DNA of 64,000 nt from Macrostomum lignano. Lineage: Eukaryota. Location: NCBI GenBank assembly GCA_002269645.1, contig NIVC01000020.1, positions 1,240,001 through 1,304,000 of the forward strand, given 5' to 3'. The position numbers and the translations under genes were made by a program. The notes beneath the pieces were generated by a model, which worked only from the letters and a program-made list of their open reading frames with translations, was not told where the DNA came from and made no database searches. Of the stretch, positions 1-11,653 are shown in pieces. Numbering within the stretch: position 1 is the stretch's first letter; each line of letters begins with the position of its first letter.

Positions 1-1410
1 ACATCCTCACGCAGGTGCGTGATTGGAGTGCCGAATTTGCACACTTTCTAGTGTGAACGGTGGGACCTGTTCACCCTGGCAATGCTGGCAGATTTGCACA
101 CTTTCTAGTGTGAACGGTGGGACCTGTTCACCCTGACAATGCTGGCAGATTTGCACACTTTCTAGTGTGAACGGTGGGACCTGTTCACCCTGACAATGCT
201 GGCAGATTTGCACTATTTTCTAGTGTGAACGGTGGGACCTGTTCACCCTGACAATGCTGGCAGATTTGCACACTTTCTAGTGTGAACGGTGGGACCTGTT
301 CACCCTGACAATGCTGGCAGATTTGCACTATTTTCTAGTGTGAACGGTGGGACCTGTTCACCCTGGCAATGCTGGCAGATTTGCACTATTTTCTAGTGTG
401 AACGGTGGGACCTGTTCACCCTGGCAATGCTGGCAGATTTGCACTATTTTCTAGTGTGAACGGTGGGACCTGTTCACCCTGGCAATGCTGGCAGATTTGC
501 ACTATTTTCTAGTGTGAACGGTGGGACCTGTTCACCCTGACAATGCTGGCAGATTTGCACACTTTCTAGTGTGAACGGTGGGACCTGTTCACCCTGACAA
601 TGCTGGCAGATTTGCACACTTTCTAGTGTGAACGGTGGGACCTGTTCACCCTGACAATGCTGGCAGATTTGCACTATTTTCTAGTGTGAACGGTGGAATC
701 TGTTCACCCTGGCAATGCTGGCAGATTTGCACTATTTTCTAGTGTGAACGGTGGAATCTGTTCACCCTGGCAATGCTGGCAGATTTGCACTATTTTCTAG
801 TGTGAACGGTGGAATCTGTTCACCCTGACAATGCTGGCAGATTTGCACTATTTTCTAGTGTGAACGGTGGAATCTGTTCACCCTGACAATGCTGGCAGAT
901 TTGCACTATTTTCTAGTGTGAACGGTGGAATCTGTTCACCCTGACAATGCTGGCAGATTTGCACTATTTTCTAGTGTGAACGGTGGGACCTGTTCACCCT
1001 GACAATGCTGGCAGATTTGCACTATTTTCTAGTGTGAACGGTGGGACCTGTTCACCCTGACAATGCTGGCAGATTTGCACTATTTTCTAGTGTGAACGGT
1101 GGGACCTGTTCACCCTGGCATTGTGGCAACGCTGGTAGATTTGCACTTTCCTAGAAATCGAATTCGAACTCGTGATAGTCCAGCATCCTGCGTGTTGTCA
1201 GCTGGTCTCAACCGCTGAGAGAGGACCCCAGTCGCTGACACATTTGTAGTTCGGTTTAACTATCATATATGCATCAATGGCTGCCATTTGTCATATCAAG
1301 TCATACCCCCCGCATTGCAGACCGTGTCAATCCTGGAGCAGCGGCTCACCTTGACGGAGAACAAGCTGAAGGACGTGCTGGACTCGCAGAGGCCACCGTC
1401 AGCCAAGTAG
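1..1410 (+). CDS. POC1: POC1 centriolar protein, last two coding exons (partial: <1-14, 1321-1410)
   Basis: Exon 1-14 reads DILTQ, then GT at 15; AG at 1319-1320; exon 1321-1410 reads [29 protein letters not shown]. The joined peptide matches the Poc1 C-terminal coiled-coil motif ([23 protein letters not shown]). Not in the ORF track. Confidence 0.88.
35..1120. repeat. 57-bp minisatellite (~19 units) in the POC1 intron
   Basis: Unit CACTTTCTAGTGTGAACGGTGGGACCTGTTCACCCTGACAATGCTGGCAGATTTGCA repeated head to tail, with an internal GTGAAC...GTTCAC stem. Confidence 0.97.
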
Positions 1411-1947
1411 CTGCTGACAGAAAGCTGCAGTCGCAGAGCTGGCTGGCATTGAGCAGGCTGGCATTGAGCAGGCTGGCATTGAGCAGGCTGGCGCACCAGC
1501 TCACTGATGACTTTGCAGTTGCTTTCTGCTCTGTGCTGCTCTCCGTTGCTGTTTTTTCCTGATCTGGGCGGGCCCGATCGTCACGTGTTCCACTGTATTT
1601 GTGTGACAATTCAAAACTGCTAGGGATCTACTTTGTTGGGATTCTGGCGAGCTCAAATAGAGAATTTAGCCTCGCTTAGCTTCATCTCTCCGTCCGTTGG
1701 CTGCCAATCAAGTTATTAGCATTCCCATATTGTTTCATTCTAATGCCGGTTTTGCGAACTAGGCGAAATATTTTGACTTAATTGTTCTTGCGTTCAGTTT
1801 GCTGCTAATATTAAATGAATTATTACTTATGCGACATTGCCTGGGAGAGATCCTGTGCGGCTTGGCTTGTCTTATTTCAATTGCCAATCAAATTTTAATT
1901 AAGAGGCTGTAGTAATAGTGTTAAGACTAAATTGATTCTTTTAATGC

Positions 1948-2335
1948 CCTCAGACTGAGCAGCCAGCCTCCCAGATCCTCAGGCTGAGCAGCCAGCCTCC
2001 GAGATCCTCAGGCTGAGCAGCCAGCCTCCGAGATCCTCAGGCTGAGCAGCCAGCCTCCGAGATCCTCAGGCTGAGCAGCCAGCCTCCCAGATCCTCAGGC
2101 TGAGCAGCCAGCCTCCCAGATCCTCAGGCTGAGCAGCCAGCCTCCCAGATCTACAGGCTGAGCAGCCAGCCTCCCAGATCCTCAGGCTGAGCAGCCAGCC
2201 TCCCAGATCCTCAGGCTGAGCAGCCAGCCTCGCAGATCCTCAGGCTCAGCAGCCAGCCTCCCAGATCCTCAGGCTGAGCAGCCAGCCTCCCAGATCCTCA
2301 GGCTGAGCAGCCAGCCTCCTAGATCCTCAGGCTGA
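1948..2335. repeat. 29-bp minisatellite (~13 units), between POC1 and CCT8
   Basis: Unit CTCAGGCTGAGCAGCCAGCCTCCCAGATC. Confidence 0.95.
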
Positions 2336-2474
2336 CAGTCGAAAATCAGTTTATCTGGGCAGTCGAAAATCAGTTTATCTGGGCAGTCGAAGCAGTTTAG
2401 GGACTCTCAGATCGTAGGCAGCATCTCAACCCTCGGCACTGTTTTATCCCCCGCTGCTCTAGCAACCGCCCACA

Positions 2475-5284
2475 ATGGCCCTGCACGTTCCCCGAGCCCC
2501 CGGCTTCTACTCCATGATGAAGGAGGGCGCCCGGCACTACGCCGGCATGGACGAGGCCGTGTTCCGCAACATCGAGGCATGCTGCCAGATGAGCGGCATG
2601 ACCAGCACCTGCTACGGGCCAGTCGGCATGAACAAGATTGTCATCAATCACATCGGCAAGCACTTCATCACCAAGGACGCCGCCACCGTGCTGCAGGAGC
2701 TGGAGGTGGCCCATCCGGCCGCCAAGATGTTGGTGCTGTCCAGCAAGCAGCAGGAGCAGGAGGCCGGCGACGGCACCAACCTCTGCCTCATGCTGGCCGG
2801 CTTCCTGCTTAAGGAGGCCGAGAGCGTGTTGCGCATGGGCCTCAGCCCCACCGAGGTTGTGGCCGGCTATGAGAAAGCGCTGGAGATGGCGCAGAAGATG
2901 CTGGAAGACCAGGTTGTTGGTCAGGTGAGCATTTGGCCAGTGTGTGGGGGAATTGCATTGCATCATGCAGTCAGTTTGATGGCCATAGCAACTTTTTGTA
3001 GCGATTTGATGACCACGTGGCTATTTAGTCACTCGATGCTTTTACGATCAGTTGATGCTCATAGGATCACACAAAGGTCATGCAATCACTCGATGCTTAT
3101 AGGATCACACAAAGGTCATGCAATCACTCGATGCTCATAGGATCACACAAAGGTCATGCAATCACTCGATGCTCATAGGATCACACAAAGGTCATGCAAT
3201 CACTCGATGGTCATTCGGTCACTCGATGCTCATTCGGTCACTTTTTGGCCATCTGGTCACTCGGTGGTCATACGATCACGGGTCATTCGGTCACTCGGTG
3301 GTCATACGGTCACTCGATGGTCATACGGTCACTCGGTGGTCATACGGTCACACTAAGGCATGATTAGCCCGCGAGTATCGCACCTCCCCCCCACTCCCCC
3401 TCCCCAGGTGAGCGACGTTCGCGACATCGCTCAGGTGGAGCCGCTGATCCGCTGCGCCGTGATGTCCAAGCAGTTCGGCCTGCACGAACGCCTGGCCCGC
3501 CTGATCAGCGAGGCCTGCATCAGCGTGCTGCCCCAGGGTGGCCACTTCGATGTGGACCGCGTACGCGTCTGCAAGGTGCTGGGCGGCTCCGTTGACGGCT
3601 CCCGCCTCGTCGGCGGCATGGTGTTCCGCCGGGCCGCCGAGGGCGACGTCACCCAGGTGATCCCGGAGAGCGGCCGCGTCAAGGTGGCCGTGTTCGCCTG
3701 CCCGGTGGACTTCCTGCAGACGGAGACCAAGGGCACCGTGCTGATGGAGACGGCCGCCGAGCTGGCCAACTTCTCGGCTGAGGAGGAGCGAATCATGGAG
3801 GCCCAGGTGCGCAGCCTGGCCGAAGCCGGGGCCCGGGTTGTGGTGAGCGGCGGCAAGGTGGGCGAGCTGGCCCTGCACTACCTGAACCACTACAACATCC
3901 TGGCTCTGCGGGTGTCCTCCAAGTTCGACCTGCGCCGCCTGGCCACCGCCACTGGCGCCATCGCCCTGCCGCGCCTCACCACGCCGACCGCGGAAGAGAT
4001 GGGCTCCTGCTCCCGTGTGGTCACCCAGGAGGTCGGCGACACCAACGTAGTGGTGTTCGAGGTGAGACTGCATGTGCTTTGCGTTTGAAGCCACCGATGA
4101 CCGACCGATATTTGGAGGGGCAGAGCAGCTCGGCTGTTAACGCGTCTTCGGCTCTCTCGCCAACCATCTGTATACTCGATAAGCCATCTGTATACTGGAT
4201 AAGCCATCTGTATACTCGATAAGCCCCGCCTCTGCTCCATCTGTATACTGGATAAGCCCCACCCCTGTTCCATCTGTATACTGGATAAGCCCCACCCCTG
4301 TTTCATCTGTATACTGGATAAGCCCCGCCTCTGTTTCATCTGTATACTGGATAAGCCCCGCCTCTGTTCCATCTGTATACTGGATAAGCCCCGCCTCTGT
4401 TCCATCTGTATACTGGATAAGCCCCACCCCTGTTCCATTTGTATACTGGATAAGCCCCACCCCTGTTCCATCTGTATACTGGATAAGCCCCACCCCTGTT
4501 CCATCTGTATACTGGATAAGCCCCGCCTCTGTTCCATCTGTATACTGGATAAGCCCCACCCCTGTTCCATCTGTATACTGGATAAGCCCCACCCCTGTTC
4601 CATCTGTATACTGGATAAGCCCCACCCCTGTTCCATCTGTATACTGGATAAGCCCCACCCCTGTTCCATCTGTATACTGGATAAGCCCCACCCCTGTTCC
4701 ATCTGTATACTGGATAAGCCCCGCCTCTGCGCCGCTTCCAGGAGGACAACTGCAAGATCTCCACCGTGCTGCTCCGCGCTAGCACCGAGAACCTCCTAGA
4801 CGATCTCGAGCGGGCCGTTGACGACGGCGTCAACGCCTACAAGGCGCTGACCCGCAACCCCCGCTTCGTGTCTGGCGGCGGCGCCACCGAGGCCGCCCTG
4901 GCCGTGAAGCTGGCGGCGGCCGCCGAGGCGGAGCCGGGCCTGGAGCAGTACGCCATCTCCCGCTTCGCCAACGCTCTGGACGCCGTAGTGAAGACCCTGG
5001 CCACCAACTGCTGCCTGAACGGGGCCGAGACGCTGAGCAAAATCCACGCTGAGCTGGCGGCCGGCCGCAAGCACATCGGCATCTTCTGCGACCCGGACAG
5101 CGGCGAGTCGGCCGTGGCCAATGTGTCCGAGCGGGGCCTGTCCGACCTGCTGCTGGTGAAGCAGTGGGCCCTCCGCCTGGCCTGCCGCTCCGCCTGCACT
5201 GTGCTCAGCGTGGACGAGATCATCATGTCCAGGCCGGCCGGCGGCCCGAAGCCGCGCGGACCCGGCGGAGACGATGACGATTGA
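2475..5284 (+). CDS. CCT8: T-complex protein 1 subunit theta (CCT8), 3 exons: 2475-2924, 3408-4061, 4742-5284
   Basis: N-terminus MALHVPRAPGF, GDGTN ATP-binding motif, LDDLERAVDDGVN, C-terminal SRPAGGPKP. GT/AG boundaries are all phase 0 and give 548 aa, the expected CCT8 length. Confidence 0.97.
3020..3350. repeat. 38-bp plus shorter degenerate repeats in CCT8 intron 1
   Basis: GATGCTCATAGGATCACACAAAGGTCATGCAATCACTC about x4, followed by TCACTCGGTGGTCATACGG-type units. Confidence 0.85.
4163..4728. repeat. 33-bp minisatellite (~17 units) in CCT8 intron 2
   Basis: Unit CCATCTGTATACTGGATAAGCCCCACCCCTGTT. Confidence 0.96.
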
Positions 5285-5954
5285 AGGAAGCTGAGCCGCT
5301 GATCCAGGATCCGGGTGCGGGGCCCGTTGCTAAGAGACCGATAGAGTGACAATTGCTGATTGGCTGAGGCTCGGAAGCTGCAATGTCTGCTTTGCTTGTT
5401 TTCTTCTTTACTTTCTACCCGCCGTTTTTTACGCACCGAACTGACTGGAAGCTTCAATACTAGGCTGGGGCGGCCCTTCTGCCCGAACAACTCATTGTTA
5501 ACTGATTCCGCAAGTTTATAATAGCAGCAAATTGTTAGCGCAGTGTTTATCCAGCTGTCTTTGCTCCCACTTATTTAGTTTATTAAAATATGCCAGCTAA
5601 GACTTAGGACTGACTGAATGTTCCCCATCTCCCACTAGGCAGACTGCTTGAATTGCGTTCGCCTATTCCAGCTGAGACATGCAGGCTATAAAAAATCTTA
5701 AAGCATCGCAAGGTTTGCTTTGACAACAGAAATACACACGGGCTGCGGCCGCGACTTGTTGAATCTGATCAATGCCGCCTGTGGCTTGCGCGTCTGACTT
5801 GATTTATTTTCCTTCTATTTTAGTTTTAACGCAGTTGTCTTATTTAGATTCAGTGGCTATAATACCGTCTGTCCAAACATTCAATGTTCTCTGTGTTTAT
5901 ATGGAGTTTATTGAATGGGTTTATATTGGTAATCACTGTGGTAGTATCTTAGCC

Positions 5955-6712
5955 GTCAGCAGTGTCATCAGCCGCAATGTCAGCAGTGTCATCAGCCGCA
6001 ATGTCAGCAGTGTCATCAGCCGCATTGTCAGCAGTGTCATCTGTCGCAATGTCAGCAGTGTCATCAGCCGCATTGTCAGCAGTGTCATCAGCCGCAATGT
6101 CAGCAGTGTCATCAGTTGCATTGTCAGCAGTGTCATCAGCCGCATTGTCAGCAGTGTCATCAGCCGCAATGTCAGCAGTGTCATCAGCCGCATTGTCAGC
6201 AGTGTCATCAGCCGCAATGTCAGCAGTGTCATCAGCCGCATTGTCAGCAGTGTCATCAGCCGCAATGTCAGCAGTGTCATCAGCCGCAATGTCAGCAGTG
6301 TCATCAGCCGCATTGTCAGCAGTGTCATCAGCCGCATTGTCAGCAGTGTCATCAGCCGCATTGTCAGCAGTGTCATCAGCCGCAATGTTAGCAGTGTCAT
6401 CTGTCGCAATGTCAGCAGTGTCATCAGTCGCAATATCAGCAGTGTCATCAGTTGCATTGTCAGCAGTGTCATCAGCCGCAATGTCAGCAGTGTCATCAGC
6501 CGCATTGTCAGCAGTGTCATCAGCCGCAATGTCAGCAGTGTCATCAGCCGCATTGTCAGCAGTGTCATCAGCCGCAATGTCAGCAGTGTCATCTGTCGCA
6601 ATGTCAGCAGTGTCATCAGCCGCAGTGTCATCAGTGTCATCAGTCGCAATGTCAGCAGTGTCATCAGTCGCAACGTCACCAGTGTCATCAGCCGCAGTGT
6701 CAGCAGTCGCAG
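5955..6712. repeat. 24-bp minisatellite (~31 units) directly 3' of the bHLH-PAS stop codon
   Basis: Unit TCAGCAGTGTCATCAGCCGCA(A/T)TG. Confidence 0.96.
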
Positions 6713-8186
6713 TGGTAGTGAGCATACATATTGGAGTAAGCGCCCTGGCAGCAGTCGCAGACGCAGTAGTCGTAACAGGCGTCCTCTGTCGCGTAGGCGG
6801 GATTCCAATCGGCCGCGATTTCGCAGCCGAAGCCGGGCTCCTCAGCTGTGGCGATGGCCTCCTCAGCAATGAGGCACCTATTCAGGTGGGTGAACAGGCG
6901 CAGAGCCGACAGCTGCGCGAGCTCCGCCAGCCGGTAGCTGCAGCGCAACCCGGTCACGGCGCCCGTTGTCGAGTCCAGCACGGCGCGCAGGATGGCCAGG
7001 CAGGCGGGCCCCGGCTGGCCGTCCGGTCTAAGCAGCCGCAGGGCAGCGCGGGCCTGGCGGTCGGGGCTGGCCAGAGCCTCGGCGTGCATCCGGCTGGCCA
7101 GGCTGAGGTCACCGGGATGCAGCAAGCGGTACCAGCTGTGCCCGGCTGCCAGGCCGGGGAAGTGGTCCAGGAACAGCTGGGAGGCGGAGCGCAGCCGCAT
7201 GTCCAGCTCGTGCAGCGTCAGCAGGTCCAGCGTGCCGGCTGGAGCGGGTCCGGCTGATTCCTCCTGCAGCAGGCGGCACTCGGCCAGCAGCAGCCTGTGC
7301 TGGTGCTGAATTGATGGATGCTCGTAGTAGGTCAGGTGCGGCGACGTGACCTCTCGGATGCTCAAGGTCACGTTCTGAGCGGTGGCTGCAAAGCATTCGG
7401 TTACTGAAATTCACCTGTGCCACATCTATATATGCGCTTGACACTTGGAAACTGCAGGTAACTCCAAGCTTGACACTTGGGAAACTACAGGTAACTCCAA
7501 GCTTGACACTTGGGAAACTACAAGAAACTCCAAGCTTGACACTTGAGAAACTACAAGAAACTCCAAGCTTGAAACTTAGGGAAAATACAACTACAAGACC
7601 CCGAGTTTAGGGGCTCGCCTTGCAATTTCGTCAAAGTTTCCATGCAAAAGCTGAACTCACGGGCCGGCATGTCGCCTCCTCCATTTTCGTCATTCTCTCC
7701 GGTCTGCTGCTGCTGCGGCTGCTTTTTCTGCCTGGCCGTCTGGCTGACCAGAAATGCCAGCTCGCGGTTGCCCGCGGCCTGTCCGTCCAGCAGCTGCTCC
7801 GGATTGGTGGGCAGGTCCAGCAGCTGGTCCAGGCTGCGGCACTGCGCCATCAGCTCCGTGTTTGTTTTTGGCAGGAACTGGTTGCAGTTGTCCGATATGT
7901 ACAGAATCTCCAACTGCTGGTTCATCAACACGAAGAAGAAGTCCAATGCGGCGCACGCCTCCGCGTTGCTAGGGGCAGTCTGGTCGTACAGCCCGAGCGG
8001 CAGAGTTGGCGGCATGTGCATGAGCTTCTTCAAGTAGGTGTTGGTCAGAGATAGAATGTGCAGATAGGACAGCTTCTTGGTGATCGACCTCGGCAGCGGT
8101 AGGCACTTCTTGAGCTCCACAATTTCCCTGTTGATTGACTCGCGCCTCACCTTGGAGGTCAGCTTGGGAAACAGCCCGCCGCTCAT
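6700..8186 (-). CDS. NPAS4/dysfusion-like bHLH-PAS transcription factor, 2 exons: 8186-7661, 7385-6700 (~403 aa)
   Basis: bHLH SKVRRESINREIVELKKCLP...KLSYLHILSL resembles the NPAS4 motif RLSYLHIMSL; PAS-A-like FFFVLMNQQLEILYISDN; PAS-B-like SWYRLLHPGDL. A GTGAGT donor (phase 1) at 7660 fits the TTTGCAG acceptor at 7386. An alternative acceptor at 7404 is possible. Confidence 0.78.
7438..7575. repeat. ~33-bp repeat x4 in the bHLH-PAS intron
   Basis: CCAAGCTTGACACTTGGGAAACTACAGGTAACT, containing the CAAGCTTG palindrome. Confidence 0.9.
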
Positions 8187-8751
8187 CTCTGCTTACAGCG
8201 TCGGATTTGTCTCAGGCCAAGAGAGCCTTGGATGTTAAATACGGGCCGGAAAAACTTCGCTGCCAACCCATGATTAGCCCGCAGTTGCCGCCCCACTGTG
8301 ATTAGCACGACTTGCTTCAGTGACTCCGTGTGCCTCCCATCTGCCATAGCGTGAGTCCCAGTCAAGCTTATCTATCTCTGCCATCAGAGTTAGGTCTGGT
8401 CCTGTTTATTAACTCTCTTAACTGTTTTTTGAAGCTTATTTCTTAATTTCGGTGATCTGCGGTCAGATATATGAGTATTAGTCGTGACTAATTATTGGCC
8501 AGTGATCTCCTTTACTGATAATAACTTGGGTTTGTTCCGGCAGTTCTGATTTTTAGTTCCCCCATTTGCTCAGCCACTGTCAGTCAAAACCAGAACGCAA
8601 ACAAATTTTTAAAAGCCACAAGATAATTGAAACTGGTCGTGTATAATTTATTGAGTAAATTTATCGCAATACAGAAAAGGCACAGTAGGAGCTGCTCATG
8701 CTCAATGATCAATTATTGTGGCAGTGAGTTCATAATCAGCTAGGAGATTGC

Positions 8752-9021
8752 TCAGCCGGACTTGAACAGCAGGATGGCCACCTGGCCCAGGTAGAAGTAG
8801 ATGAAGTGCTTGGTCTCGTGGGTCACGTAGCTACCGAAGTTGCGGCCAACGATGCAGTGCCAGGTCGGGTTGTACTTCTTGTCGAACTCCTTCTTGATGT
8901 AGGCGGCGATGTCCTTCTCCACGTTGAACTTCTCCATGGCCTGGGTGGCGCAGTCCACGGCGTCCTGCTGCATGTCCTCGGACATGTCAGCGTTCTTGAT
9001 TACGGCCTTGCGCTCAGACAT
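8752..9021 (-). CDS. DYNLL: Dynein light chain LC8 (DYNLL1/2), single coding exon, 89 aa
   Basis: [25 protein letters not shown]...[36 protein letters not shown] is near-identical to canonical LC8. Confidence 0.99.
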   Translation of the reverse strand: MSERKAVIKNADMSEDMQQDAVDCATQAMEKFNVEKDIAAYIKKEFDKKYNPTWHCIVGRNFGSYVTHETKHFIYFYLGQVAILLFKSG

Positions 9022-9829
9022 AACTGCTGCTGGATGATGAAGCTGTTGAGCTTAGCTAACGGAGTTCGTGTGCGTTTTGAGTTGCTGCGGCTGCGCTTGT
9101 CTTGTGGCCGCCTGTCCGGCCTGTCTTTATGGCCTTCAGCTTCTCGGTGGCTTAGCTGCTGGTTTAGCTTCGCCAGCAGAGTTTAGCTGCTCCGGCAGCT
9201 CGCTTTTGGCTGGGCCAGGCCAGCTTGCCTGCAGGTCTTGGGCTCAGTTCGTTTAGCTGCAGTGCCCACCCTTGCGGCCCTCCATTCACAGGCGGCCACC
9301 TCAAGTTCGCTTGTTTGCCGCTGTCAATGAGAGCCTAATTGCTAGGGTGGGCGGCTGGGTCTGCCCGGCTCGAGTTTCTAGAGTTTTCCGCGCGGGCAGT
9401 TACTCGAAAATCTGCGAGATGAAATTGCCCTAGTGACCGTGCTTTTGTAGTTCTCAGAATTTGGCAAACCCCTGTTGCATTTTTTTCTCTTTGTGGCTGC
9501 TTTGTTGACAGCCAAACCGCTGGATGTTTCTTACGCATTGCCGACTGTTTGCGTTATTTCTCACGCATGCTCAGAGACTGGCTTTTGCTTAATAGCTTAT
9601 GAAAGTGGCGCTGCATCAGTGAAGCTCGTCTATTTCCTCTGCAATCTATCGATTTCATCCTACCTTTGGTTTGGGTATTTGGTTTTATAGGGTAACTCCT
9701 TTGGTATTCCAATACGCCTTCCAACTTATTTCTAGATTAAAATTTGATTTTGTTTTTTCAACAATGTTGCTGGATTTTTCACTTTAATATTGCTGATAAT
9801 TCAAGACTGCCATTTTACTTCATTTGCAG

Positions 9830-10855
9830 CAGCAGCAGCGGCCCGCCGCCGAGGCGGAGGCGGCCCTGGAGGAGCGGTTCGTCCACCGGGTGTACAGCTG
9901 CATGGCGCCCGCCCTCGCCTGCGCGGACGAAGGCGGCTCCGGCGGCTGCGCCAACCGGCGCGGCCCCCCAGCCTGCGTGCGCGACCTGCTGCGGGACCTG
10001 CCGCCCGGCTGCCTGCTGGCCGACCTCGGCTGCGGCCACTCCGCCGCCGCGCTGTCCCGCCTGGCTGCGGCGCGCGGCCACCTGGCGGTCGGCGCCGACA
10101 TCTGCCTAGACCTGCTGCTGGCCGCCAACGACGACTGGCACCGGCGCCGGTCACGGGGCCGCCAGCGACGTCAGCCTCTGCTTGTCCAAGCCGACGTCCT
10201 CCGCTGCCCCCTGCGCTCCGCCGCTTTCGACGCCGTCACCTGCGTGTCGGTGGTGCACCACCTCGCCTCCCGAGACCGACGCCGCCGCCTCCTGGCCGAG
10301 GCTGCCCGCCTCCTTAGGCCCGGCGGCCGCCTCCTCGTCACCGCCTGGGCCTTCGAGCAGCCAGGCCGGCCGGCGAGGAGCTTCAACTGCCAGGACCTCC
10401 TCGTGCCGTGGGGCGCGCCGGAGCCTCCACAGACTCCGGCTTTGCCGCCGCCGCCGAAGCCTCCGCCGCGGCCGGCGTGGCAGCGCCGCCTGAGCTCCCT
10501 GCCGCTGCTGGCCGGCCTCTTCGGCGGCGGCGGCAGCGGCGGCGGCTCCGGCGACTGTCAAGCCGACAGCAGCGACTGCGAGAGCGACTCGAGCGACTGC
10601 GAGTTCCGCATCCGGGAGTTCCCCGCCTCGTCGTGCCCGCGCCGCCACACGGCCGGCGACTGCTTGTGCGACGGCGCCTGCGGAGCGGCGGGCGCGCCGG
10701 CCAGCGAGGGCCGCAGGCTGCGCTACTACCATGTGTTCAGGCAGGGCGAGCTGGCCGACTGCGCCCGCAACCTCGGCCTGGACTGCCTGCGCGAGTGGCA
10801 CGAGCAGGGCAACTGGTGCCTGTCGGCCAGGCGGATGCCCCCTTCATACTACTGA
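9830..10855 (+). CDS. TRMT9B/Trm9/ALKBH8-type class I SAM-dependent tRNA methyltransferase-like protein (5' start unresolved)
   Basis: LEERFVHRVY N-terminal motif, LLADLGCG motif I, FDAVTCVSVVHHL, LRPGGRLLVTAWAFEQ, C-terminal RYYHVFRQGEL...GNWC. There is no ATG at the 5' end; a TTTGCAG acceptor ends at 9829. Confidence 0.85.
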   Translation, partial: QQQRPAAEAEAALEERFVHRVYSCMAPALACADEGGSGGCANRRGPPACVRDLLRDLPPGCLLADLGCGHSAAALSRLAAARGHLAVGADICLDLLLAANDDWHRRRSRGRQRRQPLLVQADVLRCPLRSAAFDAVTCVSVVHHLASRDRRRRLLAEAARLLRPGGRLLVTAWAFEQPGRPARSFNCQDLLVPWGAPEPPQTPALPPPPKPPPRPAWQRRLSSLPLLAGLFGGGGSGGGSGDCQADSSDCESDSSDCEFRIREFPASSCPRRHTAGDCLCDGACGAAGAPASEGRRLRYYHVFRQGELADCARNLGLDCLREWHEQGNWCLSARRMPPSYY

Positions 10856-11243
10856 CTGAGCTCCGCGAGTAGTATCGGATTTGTCAAGTTCATCGAACTG
10901 TTGGCGCAGACTTAATGCTTCCATACTCTTTTTAACGTTTTATTACTCTGCAATTTCACACGCTGCATGCGCTGTGCACTTTTATTGTTTGGTGTCGGGG
11001 CATTTTTGCGGTTCCAAAGTGGCTTCAGGTCAGGTCAGGTCACGCGGATTTCATGCTAGACTTATGCTAGACAGTTTTGCACATTCCAATATAAATTTTA
11101 CTGAGAACTGCTGCAGCTCCCAATTGAAATATACTGAGCTTTTTATTTCTTCATTTATCAACGAACTTACAAATGTGCCTGTTATGCTGATTCGTTTATT
11201 TCCTAGAGAAATTTCTAGGTTTTCCACATTGCAAATAGCAGTT

Positions 11244-11617
11244 TTCGATACATATCGGCTCTGGTTCGATATGTATGTCTAGATGCCCATAACAAAACTA
11301 TTATTCGATACATATCGGCGCTGGTTCCATATGTATGTCTAGATGCCCATAGCAAAACTATTTTTCGATACATATCGGCGCTGGTTCCATATGTATGTCT
11401 AGATGCCCATAACAAAACTATTATTCGATACATATCGGCGCTGGTTCGATATGTATGTCTAGATGCCCATAACAAAACTATTATTCGATACATATCGGCG
11501 CTGGTTCGATATGTATGTCTAGATGCCCATAGCAAAACTATTTTTCGATACATATCGGCTCTGGTTCGATATATATGTCTAGATACCCATAGAAAAACTA
11601 TTTTTCGATACATATCG
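11244..11617. repeat. 60-bp minisatellite (~6 units) upstream of the helicase exon
   Basis: TTCGATACATATCGGCGCTGGTTCCATATGTATGTCTAGATGCCCATAACAAAACTATTA; units line up with the 60-nt rows. Confidence 0.95.
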
Positions 11618-11653
11618 GTGCTAATCCGATTCGCCATCCGCATTCGCCCGCAG

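Noticed and set aside
35-1120. CRISPR-like array (hairpin-containing direct repeats)
   Set aside because: Units are contiguous with no unique spacers, there are no cas genes, and the array lies in a spliceosomal intron. The same applies to every other array in the window.
5933-6869. Long ORFs such as DTAADD, SSVISRNV and LRLMTLLT as real proteins
   Set aside because: They are translations of the 24-bp tandem repeat; the bHLH-PAS frame stops at 6700. The same applies to repeat-derived ORFs at 7-674, 3890-4833, 12628-14320, 15863-16619, 19982-20434, 28333-28929, 34315-35172 and 49229-49598.
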